Translations under genes and position numbers: made by a program
Notes under the pieces: model-generated
Databases searched by the model: none
The model's input: only the letters and a program-made list of their open reading frames with translations
Told to the model about the DNA's origin: nothing
In this document: positions 1 to 13,815 of the stretch, one piece after another
Layout of the letters: every line of letters starts with the position of its first letter
Numbering within the stretch: the first letter of the stretch is position 1
NCBI RefSeq assembly: GCF_001194135.2
Contig: NC_068983.1
Span: 62,768,556 to 62,832,555 of the forward strand
Direction: 5' to 3'
Source of the DNA: Octopus bimaculoides
Lineage: Eukaryota
DNA length: 64,000 nt

Positions 1-329
1 AAAAACAGGTCCGTTATCACAATGAAATGTTTTAATTATGAGCATGAACTGAATAATTACAAAGATAAATACAGCAAGTCCCGAGAAGAACGGCTATTTA
101 TATTCCGAGATAAGTTCCCTTTAATCTGTGCTATTTTACTCGAGTTACACACCATCAAGTATTAGATTACAGAGAAAAACAAGACACACAAAAAATTTAG
201 GGTTGTACATAAATAATTTAAGGCTTCCCATGACTGAAGATGCATGAAAATAACATACTACATTACATGAAATTTATATTACTATGCACACAGAAAAGGA
301 TTATTATGAACACAGTTCAAGCAACGTTG

Positions 330-603
330 CACAAAATGTCTGCACCTCAGATCTATATTTGCATCGATCCTACCTTGTGTTATTCTGAATGTAATAATGC
401 TCTGCCAGTGATTGCAACTAGCAGTGTAAATCTTATGTAATGAGGGTGCGAATTTGATGACTTGAGTATTAATCAGGCGGAGGTAGATGCAGTGCATACT
501 GCTGCAACTAACGCAAAACACTGCGTTGATTGCATCGTGGTATTTAATGTCATAGTTCTCGGTGTAGATATAAATATATCGGCTTTGTACGGATTTGACT
601 TTT
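330..603 (+). pseudogene. Possible degenerate DNA-transposon-associated protein relic
   Basis: One frame reads EFDDLSINQAEVDAVHTAATNAKHCVDCIVVFNVIVLGVD, loosely like the xEAD(T)...VV...DTDV motif of uncharacterised transposon proteins. Stops and frameshifts upstream. Weak similarity from memory only. Confidence 0.2.
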
Positions 604-711
604 AACACCATCATATTTTATTTATTTCGGACATAACTGCGTGAATTCTATCACGCTAGAATAAATTGAGATCATACATCCACTCACATACTTATGCACA
701 GGCACGCTCAT

Positions 712-717
<6 letters not shown>

Positions 718-797
<80 letters not shown>
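718..797. repeat. (TA)n microsatellite
   Basis: Direct reading, ~40 units. Confidence 0.98.
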
Positions 798-804
<7 letters not shown>

Positions 805-940
805 CACGCGCACTCATAGAGGTGTGCATACACACGAGCACATAAAATTCAGAATCTTATATAAACTTTCAATATACTCATAAATCAGAATTTATATAGT
901 ACTTTCTACCTTCTTCATTCGCAGTCTTACTGTCTCCTTA

Positions 941-941
<1 letters not shown>

Positions 942-978
<37 letters not shown>

Positions 979-990
979 TCACACACACAT
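942..990. repeat. (CA)n microsatellite
   Basis: Direct reading. Confidence 0.95.
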
Positions 991-1310
991 ATGTATATAT
1001 ACTAACTATTTACAGTATATGTACGTCTATATATACATAAGTACACATGTATTTAACACCTACACGTAGATTTATGCACACACGCTTGTATTTGCACATT
1101 ACTTAGTACTTGTGCAACAGTGTTTCAGCTGCGATTTTAATTCAAAGAGAAGACATGTGACACTAAAGCGAGGTATTTTGCCTGTCAATACGCCGTTTAT
1201 ACTTTATCCTTACCTTCAGTCACAGCAAAATACCTCAACAGCATATACATTCTACCAAAATCTTCTCAGTGTTTCCTCGCTAATGGAATGATAAAATAAA
1301 TATTTGTAAT

Positions 1311-1698
1311 TTGTTGTTAGCATTCCGCCGCTTACGACGTCGAGGGTTCCAGTTGATCCGACCAACGGAACAGCCCGCTCGTGGAATTAACGTGCAAGTG
1401 GCTGAGCACTCCACAGACACGTGTACCCTTAACGTAGTTCTCAGGGAGATTCAGCGTGACACAGAGTGTGACAAGGTTGACCCCTTGAATTACAGGTACA
1501 ACAGAAACAGGAAGAAAGAGTGAGAGAAAGTTGTGGTGGAAGAGTACAGCAGGGTTCGCCACCATCCCCTGCCGGAGCCTCTTGGAGCTTTTAGGTGTTT
1601 TCGCTCAATAAACTCTCACAACGCCCAGTCTGGGAATCGAAACCGCGATCCTATGACCGCGAGTCTGCGGCCCTAACCACTGGACCATTGCGCCTCCA
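1311..1698 (-). mobile_element. tRNA-derived SINE, family A, full length
   Basis: Minus strand begins TGGAGGCGCAATGGTCCAGTGGTTAGG (A box), then GGTTTCGATTCC (B box), and ends in an (AAC)n tail. Homologous to 9190-9506 and 45251-45524. Confidence 0.9.
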
Positions 1699-4600
1699 CT
1701 AATATTTGCAATATACCGAAAGAAATATATCAAAAGAAATAAATGCTGTTGATTCTAAGATAATAAGCAACTCAAAACCGGGATTGAAGATTCCTTTCTG
1801 ATTTTATGTTAATACTCTTATTACCTTAAGATGCTCAAGGTCTCTGCAAAAGACAATTACCTCTTTTTTTTTTTTTTTTTTACAAAGGGATGCTTTGTCT
1901 CTCAGAAAAGTGAATTGATTTTACTATCTGTTGCAGTTTCAACAGATCTAAGTGTAGACTATTAATGATAAGAGATATTGTTGGACAGCGGGTTATGTGC
2001 CCTGTATTATTTTGGTTGTTAACATTACATTTTCAGTTTTAGTACGCCCGGGTTGATTTTGTTATACCTTTCATATTTGGGGCATCGATGAAATTAAGTT
2101 CCAGTTAAGTATTGCATAAATTTAATGAATATTATTCTCCTTTGAAGTTTGCGATTTTTTTAATGCTAAAAATATACGTTAATTTTGTCAAGAGTGATGT
2201 AAAATTTCCGTCTTACATTTCATTTTCCATTGAATTCCGTCATTGGATTCCCACCATTCTGGAGAAATACATCTTCAAGAGTTTAAGTTAATCATATGTA
2301 TTATAGTTCTGGAAGGTGTAAGGTGTATAACTAATGGGACATAATTTAGCGTTCAAATCTCAGCCAGGTTCTTTCAAAATTACTGTTGTATACACACTGC
2401 TTTTTATTCCATGCTATATTTTCATGTTTGTTAAATAACAAAACTAAGCAGATATAACAAATAAGGGAGTTCATTTGCTGTGTTACATAAGTTTTTTTGC
2501 AATATAGTATACTATATGTCCTCTGGTTGAGCCTGCTGGCATACCGTAAGCCTCAAAAATATAAGTAACAAAAAGTTTGAATCCTAGGACCAAATTCCGA
2601 CACTAGAAATTAATTGTTAATTTCTATAGTGTCTTTTACAATAAATACGAGCGCGAAGTTCCGATTGTTTCTCATTGCATGGCATACTGAAAAATTTTCT
2701 TTTATGTAACATCAGTGGTAAACTGTTTGGAAGTACAACAGATGAACTGTGTCTGATCTTGACTTTTAGACTGAATCCGTGGCACGGTCTAAGTGGAGCC
2801 CATTATATTGCAAACATTTGCAGCATGTCTCTAGTATAAATCTGAAACCTCCAAAATATTTTATGGGTGCAACTTCGATAAAGCAATAGAAAATGCAAGC
2901 CTTATGAAAAACACTAATAAGGATTTAATGACACACTGATAAGTCCCCTATTCAGGTTCGTAGCTTTTTATAGATATAACTAAAATATCGATGTTCGAAA
3001 TCCTATGGTGTGTTTTACTAATGACAGTTGCACTGCTGTCTACTAGTCCAATTCACACAGCAGTAAACAATTGGCATTGAGTAGTCAATTTTATCGTTGC
3101 ACTTGGACACAATAAATTGGTTAGTAAGTCCATTAGTTACTGCTGCCGGGTTCAAATACTGTCATGTTCCTTATAGAAAGAGGAATGAGGCAGACGTACA
3201 TTATATATTCTAAATCAGAAGATACAATCTTTAGATTTTAGTGTGTCGCATTTTTTTGCAACGGTGTCTTAATTTCTAACTTAACTTTTCCATTAGGAAA
3301 TGAAAGGTGAAAATAAAGTTTGTTTTATATGCTGAAGTGACAAGCCAATGCAGATGAGAAAGAAGTTGCACACATATAATATATAATCTCTCTCGTTCAT
3401 TCTCTCTCACTTTTTCTTCCACTGTCCCTGTGTCTGCCTGTTTGCCTGTCTGTCTCTCATTAAAAGCAGGAAGTCACATAATCCGTTGACGTGTAAGGTT
3501 GCCATTAAAAGCTATATCTTCATGAAATTGCTTGAAAGGAAACTGAACTAATTCCTTTGGATGTAATATCACATCGAGGTGGTTTAGCACTTCAACTTAA
3601 CGAAAAATCAGATATCTTTACATTTTGTGTATAGACTCGTACGATAACACAATGATACCCCCGGCAACTTATGAACGTAAACATTTGATTTCTATAAAGT
3701 AATTATGTTACAAGTACGAGTTGTAATATATGTACATCGTAAAACGCATGCATCTGCTTTCTGATCACGTCGAAAGGTATTTGCTAATTTAACTTGAATA
3801 CAAAATAGGAAGACGTGTAAATTTATTTTTAATTGAGATTATAAAGAGAAACTTCGTAATACGTTAATGGCTGATTTAATTGTAATTATGATCTAATGAA
3901 TCAAAAACTTTCGCTATTTAATGGTTAAATTACTTTCAATGATCAAGGAGCTGATCTTCGTTAATTCTATAAGCATGATTAGCAGATTATTTTAGAATGT
4001 GAAATTTTAATCATTTCTGGCTATTCTTGCAGCTGCTGTAGTGTCGTTTCAAACGATTTCCTTTATTAAACGTTCTAATTATTACATATTAATATATGCT
4101 TGCCTATATGGTTGTTAACTCTTTTCACATTAACCATACATAATTAAGCTAGCAAAGCAAGGTTTGTATTTCTGTATAGTATGACGAAATGGATAGCTAA
4201 AAGCAGTGAAGAATACAAACGAAAGGGAAAATAATTATTGCTTATAGCTAATAACAGGGGAAACACTGAAATGAGATGCATCATTTATTCGTTAGCAAGC
4301 AGCAATAGCGGCAAAAACTGATTCCGAAGAGAAATGAAATAGAGGAGAGATCAGCTCGAGTAGCTTATCTTCTACCCTAAGGTGCTCAAAATAGCGTTAA
4401 TATATTTTTAATATTCAACTCTCCGAGGACGCAAAAGTGACTGGAGCAGATGGTATCGATTAAACCCCTATCTTCATGATTGCTCGACTTATACTAAAAT
4501 TGGGAAACAATTTATATCTCTCTTTATTATGGCAAAATCTCTATATTTTCTTAACAGAAGAATATATCATTGGGACGTACCTAAGTTTGTATAGTGATAT

Positions 4601-5379
4601 AAAACAATGTCTCACTTTTTGCCTTTCGATGAAAATTGGAGTCACTTCACTGTCTTAGCTTGCTGTGTACGTGTTGTTGTCCAAAACCTCTATCCACAGT
4701 ACATCTGTATTTCTACATTAAACTTTAACAAACTATCGATGCAAAATAGAAATTGTATTTATACTGTAATTCATTGCGACACAAAGAAGTGTAGAACAAT
4801 AAGTCGCTGAAATATAGAATTAAGAATAGCGATTAAGAAAGATTGTTTGGGGGAAAGAAATGGAGAATAAAGCACGAAATACCTTCTGATGGCTTGACGT
4901 CTCCCTCTTTCTTTCTCACTGTATAACCCTTTCTACGTAATGAGTTCAAGTCCCACTGTGGATAACTATTTTTACCCCTGTTTCTCGTGATAACAAAGTA
5001 CAAGGAGTTTATATCTTTTCAATAACTTACCCTTCTTTTAAATAACATCTACTTGTGTTCGCCTCGCCACAGTCACAATACTAATGTTATTTTGACATAG
5101 ATAGGAAATAATAGTTTATTGAAAGAAGCGTTCCAGCTTTGAATAACGTGTACTTTGGTAAATCCAAAACTGCATTATTCAAAATTTCCTTCCATGCATT
5201 TAAAAGAAATTTGTGAGAGATTTTACAAGTATTTGTAGCAGGTTGAGTGGCTGTGTGGTAACTCCCTTGTGAGCCCAACATACTGTAATACTTACTTCAG
5301 CATGGTAAATGTCTTTGAAGGACATGAATACTCTCCTGCTGTTTTTTTCATGTACGTATTCGAAACACACGAAAACTGC

Positions 5380-5630
5380 CGCTTCTCTGTTTCGCTGAGT
5401 TATACCGACATTTCTGTCTGATACGAAATTATATCTCTGTACCGAACTAAGACTTGTTGGCTTGACTTGTTGGTGATAGCAGCTAAATTTCTTTTAGATT
5501 GCAGCCTATGGTTTTCAAAATAACGACCAACGTAATCCTTGAAATATTATCAGAGAGGATGGTACGAATAGAATGACATTGATCGTAGTGTTGTTCAGTG
5601 AAGGCTGGCTTCAGACTGAACAACAATCTG
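5380..5630 (+). mobile_element. Old degenerate interspersed repeat (family F)
   Basis: Shares ATAGCAGC.AAAT, GATCGTAG and a terminal AACAAC with segments near 7730-7900, 55030-55240 and 61930-62090. Highly diverged. Confidence 0.3.
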
Positions 5631-6590
5631 AGATATTTAATACAAGTGTAAACGTTGTGCTGTCCCCATGTCGATCATTTCTGAGAAGACATATGAACAA
5701 AAGCGCATCATCTATGACAGTTCTATTAATTATTGAAACTCAGTAACCCTAGAATCACACTACCCAATGTGTCCCCTCCCATGTTTTTAGAGAGGCTTCG
5801 TAAGGGGATTTAGCCACCTGTCCTGGCAAGGTCATACGGTGGCGTAGAGTTTTCCTCGTTGGTTCGATACAATTTTATTATCAATTGAAGCTATGTAACT
5901 TACATATCCAGCAAAAGTAACGAATAAACTGTTGAATGCAAGCTAGAAATATAAGGCAGCATTGTTGTTGATATTAATGTCGAGGGTGCATTTATTGTTG
6001 TTATTGCTGCTCTTGTAGGTGCTGTTGTTGTGAATTAACCCTATACTATTCTAAGTAGATCTATGATGAAAGGTGCTTCAACATCAGCTCGTTCTTCTAG
6101 CATTTCGCATCCAGGATTTATGTCATCCAATCTTGCTGTCTCTTTTTCAAAAAGGTTTTCCGTAATTTGACGGACATTTTTATTCTATTTCTTGCATTTC
6201 GAGTGACCACTTAGTGGATCCATTGTTGACTAGTTTGTTTAAGAGAACAATTACTTTGCAGTCTAATCCTGCACTACTGGATAAGTAGGAAGAAGATTGT
6301 GGCAACTGCTCCACAAAACTATTCACGTTAGGATCTGGCTGCTGCCATTATATTCGTGTTTGACGTTTTGGCTCTGAATCCTGATCTTGTAGATTAATGT
6401 CTAATGTTGTTAGAATCGAGACCATCACGGCCTTTTTAAGTATATGTAGAACTACATTATCTAATGTGTTGATGCAGTAGAGTTTCATTTTCACTGCTAT
6501 TTCTAGTAGACTGAGCGTTTACATAGATACTCCAATTTTGGTTCAATATTGTTGCTACTGCTGCTGCCCTTGCTGATGCTGTTATTGTTT

Positions 6591-6680
6591 TTGTTGTTGT
6601 TGTTGTTGTTGTTGTTCTTCTTCTTCTTCTTCTTCTTCTTCTTCTTCTTCTTCTCGTCCTCCTCCTCCTTCTTCTTCTTT
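6591..6680. repeat. Compound (GTT)n-(CTT)n microsatellite
   Basis: Direct reading; source of the poly-K/R/T pseudo-ORFs. Confidence 0.95.
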
Positions 6681-7093
6681 TTTTTCTTCCTCCATATTTT
6701 ACAGATACCTTCTTTCTCATGATCAGCACAATCGTCTGCTCGAATATCAAGCCCTCCCGTGTTTCTCGTAATTATAACCTCAGTAATTTTATTTGACAAA
6801 TTATTAGCAGGACAATTAAAACGTTGAAAGAGAAGTGATTTATTCGGTAAAAATGTCTAATTGTTTCTAATTTCTAAACAAAGTAAATTAAATGGTTGTT
6901 CCTGACAAATACTGATATTATATTTTACACTTTACGGCAATGTTTTTCGCCAAAAGTTTCGATAATATTACATGCAACTAATTAGTAATGTTGTGTTTTA
7001 CGACTGCAATAGCTTTTATCAACAGTTAATTTCAGGAAACAATTAAAAAAAATCACAAACTTATGTATCACTCAATTTACAAGCATGATTTTC

Positions 7094-7120
7094 TCATCAT
7101 CATCATCATCATTAGCATCG

Positions 7121-7151
<31 letters not shown>

Positions 7152-7159
7152 TAGCATCG

Positions 7160-7190
<31 letters not shown>

Positions 7191-7198
7191 TAGCATCG

Positions 7199-7231
<33 letters not shown>

Positions 7232-7305
7232 GTAGCAGCAGCAGCATAAGCATCACTATCATCATTATTATTATTTCTCTTTATCACAGGTTTTGTTGGA
7301 GTTCC

Positions 7306-7369
<64 letters not shown>
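7094..7369. repeat. (ATC)n with a 39-bp higher-order unit (ATTAGCATCG interruption x3), followed by (ATT)n
   Basis: Direct reading. Confidence 0.93.
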
Positions 7370-8103
7370 TTAAGGAAACTTAGCATGATACGATATAATA
7401 ATTGACATCGCATAATCGCCAAATGAGAGACATATTTCCATTAAGCGTATCGGCTTTACAATCAAAATGAAAAAGAGGCTGACTAAATAATGATGTATTG
7501 TGACTAAAAGACAGAAAATTATGTTTAAAAGAAGCTGATAATTATGGTTTCTGCGGGCAAGCTAAATGATCCTATTGAATTACTAGACATTGTCCATTTC
7601 TCTTGATATTTCGTTAATCAACTGTTTAAAGATTACATTCTTAACTAATTCAGTTGTTTATGTGTGTCCAGTATGTCAGCTGAAACGTCGGCCCTGTCGC
7701 GCTAACGAATAAGACGCCTACGTGGCATATCGACTGAGTAGAAATAGCAGCTGAATGCTTTCAAATCCCACTTTATCATGTTAAATCTACAGTTTCGATC
7801 TGAATGTACAAAAAGACTGGCTGGACACGATAGGAACACTCGATCGTAGGCTTACTCAGTTAAAGATGGCGTGGAATTAAAAGATTGAAGCACAACATAA
7901 ATCGATGTGACTGAAGTAAAATGGCCTCAAACAAGAATCAAGACCACGTCACTGCTTCGACTTCTGGGAAGGTTAATTGTTGCACTAAGACATTGGTAAC
8001 ATCAGGTAAATCATAATCAAAAGGACCTACAATATTAAGCGCAGTCATTCCGTCTTCAGAATTGAATGTAAGTGTACACGACATGATGTCACATTTTAAA
8101 AAA

Positions 8104-8217
8104 ATGTTGGCACAAGGCCAGCAAAGTCGGGGGAGGAGTAAGTCGATTACATCGACTGCCCTGTTTCACTGGTACTAATTCTATCGATCCCGAAAGGATG
8201 AAAGCAAAGTCGATCTT
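8104..8217 (-). mobile_element. SINE family B, 3' half
   Basis: Reverse complement matches GACTTTGC.TTTCATCCTTTCGGG.TCGATA...GTACCAGT...GGCCTTGTGCC of the other family B copies. Confidence 0.85.
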
Positions 8218-8559
8218 GTTTTTTTTTTTGGTCATAAGAGGTTTTGCCTGAAGTAACGCTTTGTTCCGATAGTAATGCAAAAATGTGCAGACATTTTTTT
8301 TAATTGAGAGGTCATTCAAATTGTACATCTTAGTAGAGCGTTTCTACTTCTGTAGTAAGCCTTCCTCATTTATTCATTAGAAGCGAACGCGACATCATTT
8401 CGTTCTTGACAGAGGAGAATTGCATGCTCTGTGACATCTAGAGAAGGTTGCAGGTTGTATAGAGAGACGAAACCATTGACAAGATCATTAACCAAATACC
8501 CACATAGATCACCAGCAAGTGGAAAAGTTGATTCATGCGGATAGTCTGTTTGAGTTTAC

Positions 8560-8890
8560 TGCACAACTAGACTGTGATCACAATGGCTGAAGGTTTTGTA
8601 TATAGGGAAATGTGAGCATCTTTGATAAAAGAAAATCTGGTAATAAGCAAATTGAGTCTGTCAGTAATGGTCCCCTATCCACCTGAATTGGCGGCCTCCA
8701 ACTTGCACCTTTTTTCTCCAATAAAAGACATGCTTCCAAGACAATGATTAATGACACATGTGATGAAAATGATTGTGAAGTAGTGGCAAAATATTGCACC
8801 ACTGAATTTTTTTAAAGGAATATTCCAGAGTTAGATTGGATAATAGAGAAAATGCATTACTTATGATGGACACTATATTCAAAAGCACTT
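8560..8890 (+). pseudogene. Degenerate mariner transposase C-terminal relic
   Basis: VPYPPELAASNLHLF resembles the mariner PPYSPDLAPSDFHLF motif. It is followed by VK*W..APLNFFKGI...RKCITYDGHYIQK, similar to the mariner C-terminus. Multiple stops and frameshifts. Confidence 0.55.
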
Positions 8891-9189
8891 TTATGTTGCA
8901 ATTTGAACGATCTACGTGTGTGAATAAAACAATTATGGCAATTTTTGCTATGTTTTCGGTAGAACTACCATATTGTAAAGTTGCTATTGTTAACATCTGG
9001 TCGACTGTGTTGAGAAAGATTCATTAATAAGGACGTTCAAGCCTTTTTATATTTCTAGACATTCATCGTCCGACCAGTGTTTTCTTTACTTTCCTTTTAA
9101 GATGATAGGCTATGTCTATGTAAATGTTCTCTAGAAAGTAGATGCTTTCTTGGTAATATTATGTTGTATAGTGTAATGAATTATCTTGT

Positions 9190-9506
9190 CATGGCACTCC
9201 GTTGGTTACAACGACGAGGGTTCCAGTTGATACGATCAACGGAACAGCCTGCTTGTGAAGTTAACGTGCAAGGGGCTGAGCACTCCACAGAAACATCTAC
9301 CCTCTTAAATACAGGTACAGCAGGAAGAAAGAGAGAAAGTTCTGGTGAAAGTGTACAGCAGGGTTTGCCACCACCTCCCGCCAGGGCCTCGTAGAGTTTT
9401 AGGTATGTTCGCTCAATAAATACTCACAACGCCCAGTCTAGGAATCGAAGCCGCGATCCTACGATCGCAAGTCCGCTGCCCTAGCCACTCAGCCATTGGA
9501 CCTCCA
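9190..9506 (-). mobile_element. SINE family A with ~58-bp internal deletion
   Basis: Collinear with 1311-1698 except for the segment between ACCCTT and CCCCTT. Confidence 0.88.
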
Positions 9507-9675
9507 CGTAATGAATTTTAATACAGAGACGTGCAGTGTTTTATTTTGTGAGGTGAAATTTTATCACAATATATCAGAGAGGTGTTTGTCTGATACTGCT
9601 ACAATATGTATTAGCATATTCTATAATTTAGTGTTGCATAATATAACATTAAGGTATAATGCACTGCATTGCAGT

Positions 9676-9890
9676 GGAGCAGCGAGCTGGAAGAGTCGTT
9701 AGCATGCCGAGCGAAATACTTAGTGGTATTTTGTCTGTTTTTACGTTCTTAGTTCAAATCCCGTCCAGGCCGACTTTGCTTTTCCTCCTTTCGGGGGCGA
9801 TAAATTGAGTACCAGTTGCGCACTCTGCTCGATCTAATCGACTGGCCTCCTCCACCAAAATTTCGAGCCTTGTGCCTAAAGTAGAAAAGA
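9676..9890 (+). mobile_element. tRNA-derived SINE, family B, full length
   Basis: A-box-like GAGCTGGAAGAGTCGTTAGC, B-box AGTTCAAATCCC, 3' end GCCTTGTGCCTAAAGTAGAAAAG. Confidence 0.88.
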
Positions 9891-10980
9891 GTATAATTTA
9901 CTTAAATTTAAAACTTAGAAGAGTGTAATGAAGTACAGACAGTGAGAAGGAGCGTATTGACCAGAAGTGTATTATATTTTAGAACAATGACGTAATATCT
10001 TATATCCTGGAATGAAGCGTATTGAGGAGAAATGCAAGGAAGTCTAGTGCAAAGTAAAATATTGTAGATTACTTTAGTCAAGATTATCGGCCATTAGCAA
10101 AACAGTAGGGTATACTACCCTCCTCCTTCTCCTCCTCCTGGTCATGATGATGATGATGATCATCATCATCATCATCATCATCATCGTCATCATTATCATC
10201 TACAAAAGTACTAAGTAGCAACTGGCTGTGTCAAATCGGACGATATGTTCAGTGTTGTATTTAAGTTGAGGGTTTTTTTATACAGTTTCCGTTTATCCAA
10301 TTACCGAGAAGGCATTGGTTGTCGATTCAGCTCTTATGGCAGAATATACTAATACAAAATGCTCTATTTGCTGGAACAAAATATGATTATGAAACGAACA
10401 TTTTAGCAAATCGACTATTTTGTATGTCTAATATGCGATAAAAGAACATTTACCGCCACTGAGATTCAGTTCAGAAATGCCTAGAGAAAATTTTTAAGTA
10501 GTGGCAATAGTGTACAGATATTCTAAAGGCGTAAATGTACTAAAAAGTAATATAAACACGTCAGCAATGAGACTCGATCAGTTTGAAGGTAGCAGCAGAA
10601 TCTACTTAAGTCACTGGTCGCCACTGTAAATTAAGGACGGATACATCAGAGAAAAAAATTCAATGCCAGTAACATTGATAATAACTACTCAGGGAAAACT
10701 GAGCTAAGACTGAGCAACTACGATAACGACAACAACACTTGAGAGTGTGTATGCTATGCCGGTCTGTTTGCGCTCCCCACTCTAGATGAACAAGAGAATT
10801 AATTGAAATCAACACATGACAGCAATATGTGGGATCATTTTTAACTTTTGTACACAGTGACATTTTAATGAAAGAGTCTTTACAAAGATGCACGACCTGC
10901 TAAAGACTGCAACAAAATCTCACTTAAAAAGCACTCTACTTTCTTGTAAACAAAGACCACATTATAGATTATATTTCTAG

Positions 10981-11306
10981 ATCTTTTGTTCTCAACAGGT
11001 TCCATATAATATGGCCCCTGAAGGTCAATATAAGATTTGGGGGGTTCCACGTAACAATAGTAAATTGGAAATCCAAAATAGTAATTTAAGGGCCTTGTTT
11101 TGTATCGCAAGAAACAATTAGGTTTCTTTCTCTGACATTTTACCTAGTTCAATCGACACAAGTTAATGTGTGAAAAACAAAATAGGAATTTTGAAAGAGG
11201 TTTCTAGAAAAATAGTTTCTAAGTATCGAATGTCTATGGGGGTACACCAGAATAAAATAGTAATCAAAGGGGTCCATAGACAAAATGAAATTGTTAAAAA
11301 TCCCCT
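10981..11306. mobile_element. hAT-type MITE relic
   Basis: Degenerate terminal inverted repeats (GTTCTCAAC ... GTTAAAAATCCCCT) and subterminal GGGGGTCCAT motifs typical of non-autonomous hAT elements. No adjacent TSD seen. Confidence 0.45.
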
Positions 11307-11699
11307 ATTATAGACAGTCAATGTTCGAGAAAAGTACAGATTGATTATGGTTTGAATACATTTATCCATGGTGTCTGTTCACTAAAAAACGACTCTGCAT
11401 GTTACATTTATCAAATAACATCAAAACGTGGAAATTTACTTCAGATATTATAAAACTTTTTACAAATATTCTATAGTTTCAATCAAATAGACTGTACCAG
11501 CCAAGGGAAGTATCTGGAATGTTTTGAAGTACAGTGACTTGAGGATAAAATTTAATGTCAATATTTGCCTCTTCACATTCAAATAAACAACCGTAGACAT
11601 ATCGATATGTTGATGCAAATGTGGGGAAGAAATTCTATATAAGTAAAGACGAGAATATACAGTGAAAGTATATACAGTGAAAGTATATACCAAAAATGA

Positions 11700-11725
11700 A
11701 ATAATAATAATAAAATTATAATAAC

Positions 11726-11781
<56 letters not shown>
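11700..11781. repeat. (AAT)n microsatellite
   Basis: Direct reading; immediately precedes a family D element. Confidence 0.95.
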
Positions 11782-11783
<2 letters not shown>

Positions 11784-12256
11784 GCCCTGATGCAGTACCA
11801 GGCAGTAGCTCTCATGGCTTCTGACCTTAAATGATTGGAAGTGTTATCATGTACATTGTTTTGTCACAGTTTTGCTTGTCAGTTGTTTGACTTTAACCAT
11901 TTCAGTATGTTCCTTAGTGGCTGACGATATATGATTCTCTCATCACGTGCAGAAGTAGTGGGGGAGTTTTATAGCCATGTGTTGAGAGGAATTCGTTGGG
12001 GCTTGAATAATTCATCTCTGGAAACATGGATGTTTCATTCAACATCTATAAACAACCCTATTCAAGGACCTTTTGAGAACGATGGACTACACGATCTGAA
12101 GAAAATACTAACTGGTCCCCACTTGCAAGGTTATGCGCTGGTCATCTTGATATAAAATCACCATGTCGCCTAGGTATGTCTATGATGCATGTGCCAAGTG
12201 TACCCTTATGAGACGGGTAGTCATGATGAGTATATTGGGCTTCGTATATTTTTACG
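11782..12256 (+). mobile_element. Family D interspersed repeat, 3'-truncated, ~50-bp internal deletion
   Basis: Begins ATGCCCTGATGCAGTACCAGGCAG; collinear with 49515-50047 and 47553-48070. Orientation is assumed. Confidence 0.85.
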
Positions 12257-12281
12257 CAAGCGTTAAAAAAAAAGAGCTAGG

Positions 12282-12363
12282 AATAATAAGGGTCCTTTCT
12301 ACTAAAGGCACAAGGCCTGAAATTTTGAGGGAGGAGACTAGTCGATTCCATCGACTCCACTGC
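12282..12363 (-). mobile_element. SINE family B, 3' tip
   Basis: CCTTTCTACTAAAGGCACAAGGCCTGAAATTTTG is the reverse complement of the family B 3' end. Confidence 0.8.
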
Positions 12364-12374
12364 TTTTCCTATAC

Positions 12375-12400
12375 TGACACACACACACACATATATATAC

Positions 12401-12487
<87 letters not shown>

Positions 12488-12602
12488 TGTGTGTGCGTAT
12501 ATGTATGCGTGCGTGTCTGTGTGCGTGTCTGTGTGCGTGTCTGTGTGTGCTTGCATATAGAGAGACATACAGAATACAGAGAGAGAAAGAGAGAGGGGTG
12601 GT

Positions 12603-12674
<72 letters not shown>

Positions 12675-12700
12675 GAGAGAGAGAGAGATAGAGAGGGGAT
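12375..12700. repeat. Compound (CA)n-(TA)n-(TG)n-(GA)n microsatellite
   Basis: Direct reading. Confidence 0.95.
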
Positions 12701-13815
12701 GAATTTCTTCGAAGCTGATGGTTTAAACTGTCGCCACTCAGAATTATTCACTACACGATATAATCAGGTGGACAACAATATAAGATCACATATTTGTTGT
12801 CTCAACATCTGACTTTGTATAAAAAAGAAAGTGAGAAAGGAATGTATACTCAGCCACTTATGAAGATGGATAAAATTGCAGATATATGTTTGTTAATGCG
12901 CACACTTAGAGTTATATCGGAAAACCCGACTATATTAACTAACTGAAGATACAGTGTAATGGTAATTTAAAAGAAAGATAAAGTAAGAATTAATGGCATA
13001 TGAAAGTGAAGTTGCGTAAAATTTTATTCTGTCGACAAAAATGCAGTTTCTTACAGCAAATAAGAGTCTGAGTAGAGGCTAATTATGGTTCTTAACATTG
13101 AAATGTTGGCAACATCTGCTTAGTTTCCACGGCGAGGCTAATTATTATGTTTATTAACTTGTTTTATGTTACATCTGAAATCATTAAAGAAACGCAGTAA
13201 AGTGCACTATTAACTAATTAATAACGGAATTAATCAAGGATGTTTTCTTTATTGATTTAATATGCAGCTTGATAGATTCAGTTAACATTCCGCTGAAACT
13301 ATTTTAAGTTCACCGCTCAAACATTATGAAGGGAGTGATTTTCAGAGAAACGTTCTGGGAAAGGCTAAATGATTAAGCCTAGTGATTATTATGAGGCCAG
13401 ATGTGTGAAGATTTTACGGTCGACGATCAAATAGATGTGCATGAGTGGAGTGGAACGAGACCAATTATATCGCCGGAGAAGTTATGAAGTAACAGATGAA
13501 TCTATTACTGATTTATGGTTACTTTTCTGATCAAAAAATAAACCTATAAACTTCTTAATATTTCTTAATTATTCAATGTTTAACTATTACTTGAAATGTA
13601 AGACTATCGTATACCCAACTCCACTATAATTATACCATCGTATTATTTCATAATTTTATTATGGTATTTTTATGTTTGTATTGGTAGCATATGGATATAG
13701 TTTAAACTTATACACTTCTTAGCAAGTATATATTAAGATGTGTGAGCGCGCATTTAAGCATATATTCAATTTTCCCCATACACCGGTTAAATATATAAGT
13801 AACATTTCTTATGAA

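Noticed and set aside
1620-1698. tRNA-like sequence at SINE heads (also 45251-45320, 9676-9760, 53191-53265)
   Set aside because: These are SINE 5' domains followed by repeat bodies, not tRNA genes.
2599-2633. Short AT-rich hairpin GACACTAGAAATTAA/TTAATTTCT..AGTGTC
   Set aside because: Too short for a pre-miRNA and compatible with chance in AT-rich DNA.
6457-7422. Poly-K/R/N/D/I ORFs
   Set aside because: Translations of triplet microsatellites.
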